Shown: piece by piece, positions 35,653-43,862 of the stretch | Numbering within the stretch: the stretch's first letter is position 1 | Layout of the letters: each line of letters opens with the position of its first letter | Source of the DNA: an uncultured bacterium | GTDB taxonomy: Bacteria > Bacteroidota > Bacteroidia > J057 > JADKCL01 | Reading direction: 5' to 3' | NCBI GenBank assembly: GCA_963923035.1 | Contig: CAWUKT010000003.1 | Coordinates: forward strand, 58,518-122,517 | DNA length: 64,000 nt | Position numbers and translations under genes: made by a program | Notes under the pieces: model-generated | Database searches by the model: none | What the model saw: the letters and a program-made list of their open reading frames with translations, nothing else | Told to the model about the DNA's origin: nothing

Positions 35653-35960
35653 ACGGGGACAACAATTCAATTTACAGGGCTTTTGGCCTGGACGAGGAAC
35701 GGGAAAAAATAGCCCGAAGCCTGGCTCAAGAAGGTATAATGTGGGAACCTGCCGAAGAAATCCCGGATTGGCTAAGGGACAGAATGCCCGACGACAGCAA
35801 TATGGAGGAGAAAATGGATGCCGTGTATTCAGGTGTCCCAAGGGAAAATTGGCCGGGTCAATGGCGATTGTTGGAATACATCAATATGACCCGCATGTAT
35901 TGGGTGGACGAGTGGAAAAAAGGACGGGTTCAGGAGGGAGACCGAATACGTTCTGATTGA
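35649..35960 (+). CDS. Hypothetical acidic element protein
   Basis: A 103-aa ORF translationally coupled to the previous ORF. It is Trp/Glu/Asp-rich, with no recognised domain. Confidence 0.4.
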   Translation: MNGDNNSIYRAFGLDEEREKIARSLAQEGIMWEPAEEIPDWLRDRMPDDSNMEEKMDAVYSGVPRENWPGQWRLLEYINMTRMYWVDEWKKGRVQEGDRIRSD

Positions 35961-35983
35961 TTGAGGAATGCAGCTGCCACAAC

Positions 35984-36080
35984 TGTGAACCTATTTTGGA
36001 AATAAGGATTTGCACCTTGGGCGTGTGTGAACTTATATCAGGAATAAGAAAAAGCATGGGAACTTATTTTAGTAAGAGGC
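35984..36080. repeat. Three direct copies of an approximately 25-bp motif (iteron/arm-site-like)
   Basis: TGTGAACCTATTTTGGAAATAAGGA (35984-36008). TGTGAACTTATATCAGGAATAAGAA (36026-36050), which matches the first copy at 19/25 positions. GGGAACTTATTTTAGTAAGAGG (36058-36079), which has one indel. Confidence 0.6.
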
Positions 36081-36110
36081 ATCATTCTCAGTCAACCTCA
36101 GTTTTGATGG

Positions 36111-36180
36111 ATCAGGAAGGGTCTTGAAAGGTCAGGAAGGGTCAGGAAGGGTCGCGCAGGGTCTTGAAAAATGAAGGGAA
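36111..36180. repeat. Seven-unit tandem decamer array (GTCAGGAAGG-type), period 10 bp
   Basis: The units read atcaggaagg / gtcttgaaag / gtcaggaagg / gtcaggaagg / gtcgcgcagg / gtcttgaaaa / atgaagggaa. The array ends 50 nt from the 3' end of the integrase gene. Confidence 0.65.
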
Positions 36181-36229
36181 AGCCACTGAAATAGCCCTCC
36201 CTTTGGTCGGTTTTCCTTGAATTCTCCCT

Positions 36230-37720
36230 CTATTTTGCCAGTCCAAACGGCACAACCACGGTTTCCTCTCCATTTTCTCCCCCCTCATCACTACTTGCCA
36301 GCCACTCCTGCATCTTCGGAGTAAGTCGAACTCCCGGATTCAGCATCTTCATCAACCGCAATTCGTAAATGAAGTCTTCCGGATCGGGGAGGTCGGGAGT
36401 TGATTTGCCCAACTTATCGAGGGCCGCCACCGCTTTATCCGCTTGGGGATTGGTGCTGTTGAAATAGTGATTCTGCGTAGTGGACAGCTTGGAATGCCCC
36501 AATGCCTTTGATGCACCAAACTCATCTTCGCTCAGGTCCCGGATCAGATTGGCAAAGGTTGAGCGCAGATCGTGCCATTTGTGGTTGGGGTCCAATCCCA
36601 AATAAGTCAGTATCGTTTTCAATTTCCTTCGCAGGGTACTGTTGGCCGGAACCTTGTCCAAGAGGAAACGCCCGTCATCCTTTTCAGTCATCACCGAGCG
36701 TAACCTATCTGTGATCAAAATGGCATGGTTCTTCTTCCCCTTCTTCATCCGAAAATGTATCCGGGTTCCCGTATGGTTGGTAATGAGCCGGTAGTTTTTC
36801 GGGTCTTCAAACCGCTTTAAATCGGAGTAGCGAACCCCTGAATACAGCGAGACCATGACCAATTGAAGCGCCTGATGCAGGGATTCTTTTAGGTTGTAGC
36901 TGCGCCCGTCCAGGGTCGAAAAAGTATAATTCCTGAATTCTTCATTGTGATAGGCTTCATCCAACCGCAAGACCTCCGCCATCGTCAAAGGATTGGGGGA
37001 AGACCTTCGAAATTTCACTTTGTCCCGAGTCCCTTTGAAATGATAATAGGGGTCCTCTTCAATATCTCCCTGTCGTTTAGCCCACCCGAAAATCTTCCCC
37101 AGGAGACTGATCAACTGCGCGACCGAAACTTCATCCAAACCATAGTCCTTTTTCCAATCACTCCAATAATCATTGCGCATCCAATTCTGAAAATCCCGGA
37201 ACCATTCCCACGAAACTTCCGCCAGCTTGACTTCCGAATCGTAGGTCTTTACCTTGGCCTGCAGACTCTCATAATTCTTTCGGGTTGAAAGCTCCAGTTT
37301 CCGCACTTCAATCTGAATATACCTCGCCACATATTCATGCAACAAATCACTTTCCCGGTTCCACCGCCGCCGCAGAGTTGTGTGGGTAAGCGTTTCTTTC
37401 TTGCGAAGGAGCTTTCGAATCAACGCTTCCATTTCCGTTTTTGCCTCCGAAATGATCGGGAAGACGGCTTCATAATCCTTGTTCCCCCGCGATTGAATGA
37501 AGTTGTGGCCGAGTTTTTGTCCCGTTTCCGCATCGATGGCTTCTTTCCAGTACTTGCGGTACATGAAAGGCGCGGGGAGAATGGGGTAGTATTCCTTCTT
37601 GCCGGTGAGGTTGACCACCAGCGAAATCTTCACGCGGCCATCCTTCTTTTTGTTCGGGTAATTGTCGAAGTGGAACCCCACGTTGTGGGACTTTCCATAA
37701 TTCTTCGTTTGATAGGTCAT
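36230..37720 (-). CDS. Tyrosine recombinase / phage-type integrase
   Basis: The C-terminal catalytic domain carries WHDLRSTFANLI (H-x-x-R) and ALGHSKLSTTQNHYF (His plus nucleophile Tyr). The N-terminal part is a Bacteroidota-style arm-binding/SAM-like region. Length is 496 aa. Confidence 0.85.
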   Translation of the reverse strand: MTYQTKNYGKSHNVGFHFDNYPNKKKDGRVKISLVVNLTGKKEYYPILPAPFMYRKYWKEAIDAETGQKLGHNFIQSRGNKDYEAVFPIISEAKTEMEALIRKLLRKKETLTHTTLRRRWNRESDLLHEYVARYIQIEVRKLELSTRKNYESLQAKVKTYDSEVKLAEVSWEWFRDFQNWMRNDYWSDWKKDYGLDEVSVAQLISLLGKIFGWAKRQGDIEEDPYYHFKGTRDKVKFRRSSPNPLTMAEVLRLDEAYHNEEFRNYTFSTLDGRSYNLKESLHQALQLVMVSLYSGVRYSDLKRFEDPKNYRLITNHTGTRIHFRMKKGKKNHAILITDRLRSVMTEKDDGRFLLDKVPANSTLRRKLKTILTYLGLDPNHKWHDLRSTFANLIRDLSEDEFGASKALGHSKLSTTQNHYFNSTNPQADKAVAALDKLGKSTPDLPDPEDFIYELRLMKMLNPGVRLTPKMQEWLASSDEGGENGEETVVVPFGLAK

Positions 37721-37819
37721 GTTGGATGCTTTGAGTGGTGGAAAAAGGGCAACAGAAATCCCATCCCGAAAAGTCGGGTGCTGAAAAAATCCGTTGCCGT
37801 TATTGGATGCTAGGCTTGT

Positions 37820-38527
37820 TCAGGAGTCACCAAAGAGGTAATCATTGAGTTGAAGAACTCCTTTGAACGTTGGCTTGTTGCCTCGGACAATCCACCGATA
37901 GAAAAGGTGAGGAAAACTCCGGTCAAGGATTCGTTTGAACATCGCCGTCCGAAATCTTCGATGGAAGATCGCTTGGTCCCTCGTTTCAAATTCGATTTTG
38001 ATCCTTCGGGCAAGTTCTTCGACATAATCAGGATCACCGTAATCATAGGGCTGGGAAAAATTCTCTCGAAATTCATCCCTCAATTCCCCTTCCAATTCAC
38101 TCAGTTGGTCGGATGGATAATTAATCACAGCCACCTGAATCCCTACCTCATAGGGGACGGTCGTTTCCCATAGTTCAGAGAAGAGCAAGGCGGTGATTTC
38201 TGCCGGATTGAGTACTTCTACAATCCCCCTCAATTCCATTGCCTCTTCCAAACTCCGACGGAATGAATCCACTCCGATATTCCGGCAAATCTGAGCGATC
38301 ATTGCAGCGTAGCTCACATAGAAAATTTCGCTGGCGAAATGGACCCCATATTTGAGCTCCAACGGACTGTCCAGATAGTGGATTTGGAAGTCAGGATTGG
38401 CGGAGCTGCCATACATTTCCGAGACCTCCTCCAAGATCATTTTCACCAAAGGATCGTTGATGGAATGGGCCTCTAATTCGGCCACCATCCGGTCCAGATT
38501 TCGATTCAATTTCGTTGATTTTTCCAT
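37820..38527 (-). CDS. Hypothetical acidic protein directly upstream of the integrase
   Basis: A 235-aa ORF on the same strand as the integrase and 100 nt upstream of it. No recognised motif. Confidence 0.5.
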   Translation of the reverse strand: MEKSTKLNRNLDRMVAELEAHSINDPLVKMILEEVSEMYGSSANPDFQIHYLDSPLELKYGVHFASEIFYVSYAAMIAQICRNIGVDSFRRSLEEAMELRGIVEVLNPAEITALLFSELWETTVPYEVGIQVAVINYPSDQLSELEGELRDEFRENFSQPYDYGDPDYVEELARRIKIEFETRDQAIFHRRFRTAMFKRILDRSFPHLFYRWIVRGNKPTFKGVLQLNDYLFGDS

Positions 38528-38687
38528 GATGTAATTCTAGCTTATTTCTAACCATTTGCTTGCCGTGAGCGGTATTTGCGGTAACAACCGACGGCAAATT
38601 TTATAGCTCTATTCATGGAAAAACCGTGCCATACGGCAAAGAGATACCGGTGTTACTGTTGAATACTTTTTGGATTTCTTGGCTCGT

Positions 38688-38815
38688 CGGTAAGCTGGCT
38701 CACCTCGGAGTGAAGCTGGCTTCACTTCAACCTAAGCTCACTTACCTTCAAGTGAAGTGAGCTTGTATCGAAGTGGAGCTAACTCCTTTCGAACTGAAGC
38801 CTCCTGACCCCAGTT
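38688..38815. repeat. About six tandem ~21-bp units with hairpin-forming cores
   Basis: Units start at about 38691, 38711, 38733, 38753, 38774 and 38795, with consensus roughly TGAAGCTnnCTnACnTTCGAAG. Embedded palindromes are GGTAAGC-tg-GCTCACC (38689-38704), GTGAAGC-tg-GCTTCAC (38710-38725) and AAGCTCACTT...AAGTGAGCTT (38734-38764). Confidence 0.6.
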
Positions 38816-38865
38816 AGAAGCGGCCCCAGCTCTCGGGCGAGCGCGCCCAGCCTCCAGGTCAGCAC

Positions 38866-39140
38866 GCCCAGCGACGGGCTGGGCAAGTCCGGCCAACCCT
38901 TGGGTCCCCCCAAGGTCGAGCCGGGAACGTCCAACGGACCTTTGGCTTACCCCTAAGTCCCCATTGGGCAAGCCCAGCGATGGGGCGGACCCGTCCAGCC
39001 AACCTTTGGGCATCCCCTCAAGGTGAGCCGGGACCGTCCAGCGAAGGGCCGGGACCGCCCGGCCAACCTTTAGGTCCCCCCCAGCCCCAGGCTGGGCGAG
39101 CCTACCTCGGCGCTGGACGCGCCAAGCGATCTTTGAGGAC
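38866..39140. repeat. GC-rich degenerate tandem repeat (106-bp register with an approximately 43-nt core)
   Basis: TCCGGCCAACCCTTGGGTCCCCCCAAGGTCGAGCCGGGAACG (from 38888) recurs as TCCAGCCAACCTTTGGGCATCCCCTCAAGGTGAGCCGGGACCG (from 38994). The leader GCCCAGCGA occurs at 38866 and 38972. Related copies lie at 38930 and 39058. Confidence 0.6.
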
Positions 39141-39263
39141 CACCTCCAAAATCAGTGGATTTTCGCCGCCAAAGTCCAAATCAGCCCAATTAAATTGGGC
39201 GGCCAGTGACTGCATCCGCATGGGAAATGAGATTGAATGGGCGCCAATCGCCCGGAAAAAGGC

Positions 39264-40061
39264 TCAGCCCTCCCCTATGGACTTGGCCCGCAGGGCACGG
39301 GCCTCTTCTTTGCCGAGGTACAACTCGATGGCCCCGTGGATCAGGTAGAGTGCCGGGGTCAGGACGATCGCCACCACAAATTTGAAGGCATAGTTGACGA
39401 TGGCCACCGCGAAGAAGAGCGACAAAGTCCAATTGCCGCCGATGTAGAAGGCCACGAACAGGACCACGAAGCTGTCAATCAATTGGGAAATGAGCGTGGA
39501 CGCCGTGGCCCGCAGCCAGATCGCCTTGTCGCCGGTCGCCCGTTTGATGGCGCGGAAGACATAGGCGTCGAGCAATTGCCCGATCAAAAAGGCCGTCAGC
39601 GAACCGATGATGATCCAGAGGCCCTGCCCAAAGACCAGGCGGTACGCATAGTCATAGTCCGAGACCTTTTCCGTGATGGCCGCCGCTTCGGCGGGCGTGG
39701 CATCCAGCGGGATATGCGACGTCGGCCAGAAACCGGCCGGCTCCAGGTTGATGCCAATCGACAGCATCACAAAGCCATAGCTGATCAATGCCGCCGACAG
39801 GATCGACAGGATCCGGACGCCCCGGACCCCGTAATAATCGTTCACGATGTCCGTCATGATGAATACCACCGGCCACAACAGCACCCCAACCGTCAGGTTG
39901 AATCCCAAATTCTCCTCCCCGAACAGGCTCATGGAAAAGGGTTCGATGCCCAGGGTACTTTCCAGCGAAAAGACCTTCACGCCCATGAACTCTGCGATCA
40001 GGGCATTGGAGACAAAGAATCCGGCGAGAATGATGAAGAGCAGATTGGGCTTCTTAAACAT
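39264..40061 (-). CDS. VUT-family (YhhQ/DUF165) queuosine-precursor transporter-like membrane protein
   Basis: The start was placed at MFKKPNLLFIILAGFFVSNALIAEF. Family-typical segments are WPVVFIMTDIVNDYYGVRG and SQLIDSFVVLFVAF. The protein is multi-TM. It overlaps the rnz stop by 8 nt. Confidence 0.8.
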   Translation of the reverse strand: MFKKPNLLFIILAGFFVSNALIAEFMGVKVFSLESTLGIEPFSMSLFGEENLGFNLTVGVLLWPVVFIMTDIVNDYYGVRGVRILSILSAALISYGFVMLSIGINLEPAGFWPTSHIPLDATPAEAAAITEKVSDYDYAYRLVFGQGLWIIIGSLTAFLIGQLLDAYVFRAIKRATGDKAIWLRATASTLISQLIDSFVVLFVAFYIGGNWTLSLFFAVAIVNYAFKFVVAIVLTPALYLIHGAIELYLGKEEARALRAKSIGEG

Positions 40062-40977
40062 CTTTACGGAGGTCAAATAGTTTGCCCTCGGTCGCGAGGG
40101 CAGTGTTCTCAAATTCAGATTTGGCTTCTTCCAACAGGGGATTGAGGTCCTTGTAACGGGCAGAAAAATGGCCGATCAGGAGCTTGCCTACTTCGGCGGC
40201 CTTGGCCACTTGTCCGGCCTGAAGCGCCGTACTGTGGTCCGTATGACTGGCCCGCTCCGACAGTTCATTCAGAAAGGTACTCTCGTGGTAAAGGACCGAT
40301 GCCTCCTTGATATGGTCGATATAAGAGGGATCGAACCGGGTATCCGAGCAATAGGCATACGATAGCGACGGTTCCTGGGGGAACAGCACCTCGTCGGCCC
40401 GCACGCCCCGCCCATCGGGAAGGGTCACGTCATTGCCCTGCTTGAGGAGGTGAAAATATTCTTTGGGGACGCCCAGCTCCTTGGCCTTGTAGAAATTGAA
40501 CTTGCGGCGGCGGGGTTTTTCCTGGAACAAAAAGCCCCGGCAAAATTCCCGGTGGATGAGGGGAATGGACCGCACGGTCAACCGATCCGTCTCAAAGATC
40601 AGCGCGCCGGGCTCGAGGTCTTCTAGGGCGTGGAACTGAATCTCGTATTTGAGGTGGGTGTCGGAGTGGTGGAAAATGATCTGGAGGATTTCCTGGAGGC
40701 CCCGGGGGGCGAAAATGGGGAGCGGCTGGTGGCGCTCGAAGATGCTCAGCGAAGCGAGCAGGCCAGGAATGCCCAGAATATGATCGCCGTGGAGGTGGGA
40801 CACGAAGAGGGCGTCAATGCGCGAATACTTGATCCGGTACTTCTGCAACTGCATCTGCGTGCCTTCACCACAATCCACCAGATAATAGCGGTCATTGTAG
40901 TTGATGACCTGGGCGGAGGTGAAACGCTGAAATGCGGGGGTTGCAGAGCTGCTACCAAGAATTCGTACTGTAAACAT
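40054..40977 (-). CDS. rnz: Ribonuclease Z (metallo-beta-lactamase fold tRNA 3' endonuclease)
   Basis: The start was placed at MFTVRILGSSSATP. The metal motif reads VSHLHGDHILGIPGLL, and the C-terminal His motifs read YHESTF...HS...IGHFSARY. Confidence 0.9.
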   Translation of the reverse strand: MFTVRILGSSSATPAFQRFTSAQVINYNDRYYLVDCGEGTQMQLQKYRIKYSRIDALFVSHLHGDHILGIPGLLASLSIFERHQPLPIFAPRGLQEILQIIFHHSDTHLKYEIQFHALEDLEPGALIFETDRLTVRSIPLIHREFCRGFLFQEKPRRRKFNFYKAKELGVPKEYFHLLKQGNDVTLPDGRGVRADEVLFPQEPSLSYAYCSDTRFDPSYIDHIKEASVLYHESTFLNELSERASHTDHSTALQAGQVAKAAEVGKLLIGHFSARYKDLNPLLEEAKSEFENTALATEGKLFDLRKDV

Positions 40978-41303
40978 ACTTGCATTGTTCCCTGGGGAAA
41001 GACCTGCCCGACGGGAGTCGGTCTTTCGGTGGTTCCGGTTCGTGCCGGGAATGGGCAACGGACAAGGACAATGAAGGGAAGCATGGGAGGGATTGACCGA
41101 AACAAAAACGCTCACTGCTTGCCCAAGGACCCCACAGGAACGCCCATTGACCAGTGCCAAGTGTTCGAAGTTAATAAATTATCTATTTGCTCCAAGCCAC
41201 CAAGCACCTCATTCCCAATTGTCCCTGTACCTTTCCTTAGCCCCCACCCGCAACATCCAAATAATCCTTAATTTATCCTTCCACCCAAACCCCGTCTCCC
41301 TCC

Positions 41304-42701
41304 ATGCAGACAAGTAAGCTCTGGCAGGTATTTTCCCTCCTCACCACCGAAGACTACCTGCGGGTGGACAAGTGGCTGGATTCTCCGGTTTTCAACCACC
41401 GGGAAGACCTGAGGCGCCTGTGGGAGGTATTGCGCAATGCCTCCGCTCCTCCCTCCCCCCAGATGGCCTGGGACGCCATTGCGCCCCAAGAACCCTTTCA
41501 ATCCGCCGACTTCAACCGCTGCTGTTCCCGCCTCACCCAACAACTGGAACGCTACCTCTGCTGGCAGGATTCCCGGCTCGAATCAGAGCCGGAAGACCAC
41601 CACCTCGCCCTGGCCGAGGCCTTCAAGGAGCGCCGCAATGCCCATTTCATGCAGCTCTCCCTGGGGCGGGCCGAACGCAGCCTCCTCCGCCAACCCCTTC
41701 GCCACGATAAATTTTTCTTCTCCCGCTTCCAGATCGAACAGCTCCGCTACAACGCCCAATCCCTCACCCAGCACCGCACATCGGGCGGCCTCCAGGAGAT
41801 GTCCGATGCGATGGATACTTGGTTTGTTCTCCAAAAACTGAAACAGGCCTGCTCCCAGATCGCCCAACGCCAACTGGGCGAACCCCTGCCCCCACTGGGG
41901 TTTCTGGAAGAGGTCCTGGAGAAGGTCGGTCAACACGCCTACCCGGACATCCCCGCCATTCAGATTTATTACTCCGCCTACCAGATGCTCGCCGCTCCCG
42001 ATGGAGAGCCCTTTTTCCTGGCCCTGAAAGCCCTACTGGCGGATTCCACTGCCCTCCTCCCCCTCGACGAGCTGCGGTCGGTCAACCTCATGGCCATCAA
42101 CTTCTGCGTCCAGCAATTGAACCGGGGCGTCGCCGGAACCCTGGAAGAGGTCTACGCGCTTTACCTGCGGGGCCTGGAAGAGAAATGGCTGTTTGAGTCG
42201 GGCAAATTGTCTCCCTGGACCTTCAAGAACGTGGTCTCGGCGGGGCTCAAGCTGCACCAATTCGAAGGGGTCGCGCAGTTTTTGGAGCAATACAAGGGGA
42301 GCCTGCCCGAGGAAATTCAACAGACCCACTACCGCTACAACCTCGCCGAACTGCAATTTGCGCGGGGAGATTTTCGCCTGGCCCTTCAGAGCCTGGCCGC
42401 GGTCATCTTCCGCGATCCGCTGACGGAACTTCGGGCGCGCAGCCTTCAGATCAAGGCCGCCTACGAGTTGGAGGAAATGGAACTGGTGGACTACCAATTG
42501 GAGAACCTGCGGAAATTTCTGGGGCGGAAGCGGCAGCTCGGGTATCACCGGGACCATTACCGTGAGTTTGAGCGACTGACCCGGCAATTGGTGGGGCTGG
42601 GTCATGGCCTCGAAGCGGCCCGTCGGCTGGCGGATGAGATCAAGGCGGCCCCACATCTGGTCGAGCGCGCCTGGCTCCTCGCGAAAGTCCAGGGCGGCTA
42701 A
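41304..42701 (+). CDS. Hypothetical helical-repeat (TPR-like) protein, paralogous architecture
   Basis: 465 aa. The N-terminus MQTSKLWQVFSLLTTEDYLRVDKWLDSPVFNHREDL parallels the other two family members. The C-terminal half is helical and repeat-like (YRYNLAELQFARGDFRLALQSL...). Confidence 0.55.
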   Translation: MQTSKLWQVFSLLTTEDYLRVDKWLDSPVFNHREDLRRLWEVLRNASAPPSPQMAWDAIAPQEPFQSADFNRCCSRLTQQLERYLCWQDSRLESEPEDHHLALAEAFKERRNAHFMQLSLGRAERSLLRQPLRHDKFFFSRFQIEQLRYNAQSLTQHRTSGGLQEMSDAMDTWFVLQKLKQACSQIAQRQLGEPLPPLGFLEEVLEKVGQHAYPDIPAIQIYYSAYQMLAAPDGEPFFLALKALLADSTALLPLDELRSVNLMAINFCVQQLNRGVAGTLEEVYALYLRGLEEKWLFESGKLSPWTFKNVVSAGLKLHQFEGVAQFLEQYKGSLPEEIQQTHYRYNLAELQFARGDFRLALQSLAAVIFRDPLTELRARSLQIKAAYELEEMELVDYQLENLRKFLGRKRQLGYHRDHYREFERLTRQLVGLGHGLEAARRLADEIKAAPHLVERAWLLAKVQGG

Positions 42702-42728
42702 ACCGTTTGGATTCGCTATCTTTGCCCC

Positions 42729-43862
42729 GTGCATTTTGCCCAGCTCCAACTCACCCATTTCCGCAATTACAGCCAGCTCCGGGCCGAATTTTCCCCGGCC
42801 ATCAATGTGATTACCGGCAACAATGGCGCGGGCAAAACCAATGTCCTCGAAGCGGTCCATTTCCTGGCCATGACCCGCGGGTGGAGCCGCCGCGGCGAAC
42901 CCTATGCCCTCCAGGAAGACATGCCCTATTTCATGGTAGAAGGCGAGTTTGTCGAGTCGGAAGCCCTCCGCCTCCAATGCACCTACATGCCCGACCGGGG
43001 CAAAAAAATCCTGATCGACCGCCAGGCCCTCCGCAAAATGAGCGACCACATTGGCCGCATTCCCCTCATCAGTGTCCTCCCCAACGATACCCAGCTCATC
43101 TACGGCAGCCCTTCCGTGCGCCGCCGCTTCATGGACGGCTTCATCAGCCAGTACGACCGGAAATACCTGGATGCTCTGCTCCGCTACGACAAGGCCCTCG
43201 ACCAGCGCAATGCCCTCCTCAACCTGTTTCAGGAGCGCCGCACCTGGGACGAAGAGCAGTTGCTCATGTGGGATGGCCAACTCATCCAGACGGGACGCTA
43301 CCTCCACCAGGCCCGCCGCGAGTTCCTCGAACGGTTCCAACCGATCTTCGCGGAGTACTTTCAGCTGATTGTCTCGGACCGCGAGACGCCTTCCATCGCA
43401 TTGGAATCACCGGTTGAGGAGAATACGCCCGAGGGGTGGGCGGAACTGTTCCGCCAGAGCCGCGACAAGGACCGCTATTCCGGCCGGACATCGGCCGGGG
43501 TCCACAAAGAGGACCTGAAATTCGAGATCAATGGGCAGCATGTGAAGCATTTTGGGTCGCAGGGGCAACAGAAGACCTTTGTGATTTCGTTGAAGTTGAC
43601 GCAGTATGAGTTGCTGGCCGACCGGACGTCGAAGGCGCCGGTATTGCTGTTGGACGATATCTTCGACAAGTTGGATCTCCATCGGCTGCGGGCATTGGCC
43701 CGGATCCTCCACGAGAAGGTGGACGGCCAGGTCTTTGTGACGGACACGTCATTGGAACGGACACAACGGGTTTTCGGGGAATTTGACCGGCGGGAAGTCC
43801 AGTTTTTCGCGGTGGAAGGTGGCCGGTTCAGTCCGGTGGAAACGGCAGATCAAGAAGGCTGA
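42729..43862 (+). CDS. recF: DNA replication and repair protein RecF
   Basis: The N-terminus reads LQLTHFRNYSQLRAEFSPAINVITGNNGAGKTNVLEAV (Walker A). The SMC-like signature reads GSQGQQKTFVISLKL, and Walker B reads PVLLLDDIFDKLD. Confidence 0.9.
   Translation: MHFAQLQLTHFRNYSQLRAEFSPAINVITGNNGAGKTNVLEAVHFLAMTRGWSRRGEPYALQEDMPYFMVEGEFVESEALRLQCTYMPDRGKKILIDRQALRKMSDHIGRIPLISVLPNDTQLIYGSPSVRRRFMDGFISQYDRKYLDALLRYDKALDQRNALLNLFQERRTWDEEQLLMWDGQLIQTGRYLHQARREFLERFQPIFAEYFQLIVSDRETPSIALESPVEENTPEGWAELFRQSRDKDRYSGRTSAGVHKEDLKFEINGQHVKHFGSQGQQKTFVISLKLTQYELLADRTSKAPVLLLDDIFDKLDLHRLRALARILHEKVDGQVFVTDTSLERTQRVFGEFDRREVQFFAVEGGRFSPVETADQEG

Larger units (their letters stand above)
33202..38527 (-). 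mobile_element. Integration/excision/replication-like module of an integrative element (int + Xis-like HTH + wHTH protein + iterated cis motifs)
   Basis: A tyrosine recombinase, an HTH_17 protein, a wHTH protein and small orphan ORFs co-localise with four separate repeat arrays. True element ends (att sites) were not identified, and the cargo probably extends leftward. Confidence 0.6.

Noticed and set aside
38688-39140. Possibility that the junction repeats, or the 10-bp arrays at 34561 and 36111, are a CRISPR array.
   Set aside because: The units are contiguous or degenerate, without unique spacers of constant length. The repeat lengths (10, 21 and about 43 nt with variable spacing) and the absence of cas genes do not fit CRISPR.
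36000-39260. Expected a tRNA or tmRNA gene as the integration target next to the integrase.
   Set aside because: I found no cloverleaf-compatible segment or T-loop consensus (GGTTCGAATCC-like) in the flanks. The only GGTTCGAAT match (about 25590) lacks acceptor and anticodon arm pairing. This was a by-eye scan only, so a tRNAscan run is still advisable.
38738-39348. ORFs 38738..39013 (minus strand) and 38980..39348 (plus strand), encoding Gly/Pro/Ala/Arg-rich peptides.
   Set aside because: They lie entirely inside the GC-rich tandem repeat and read through on both strands. The composition is a by-product of the repeat, not of selection for coding.
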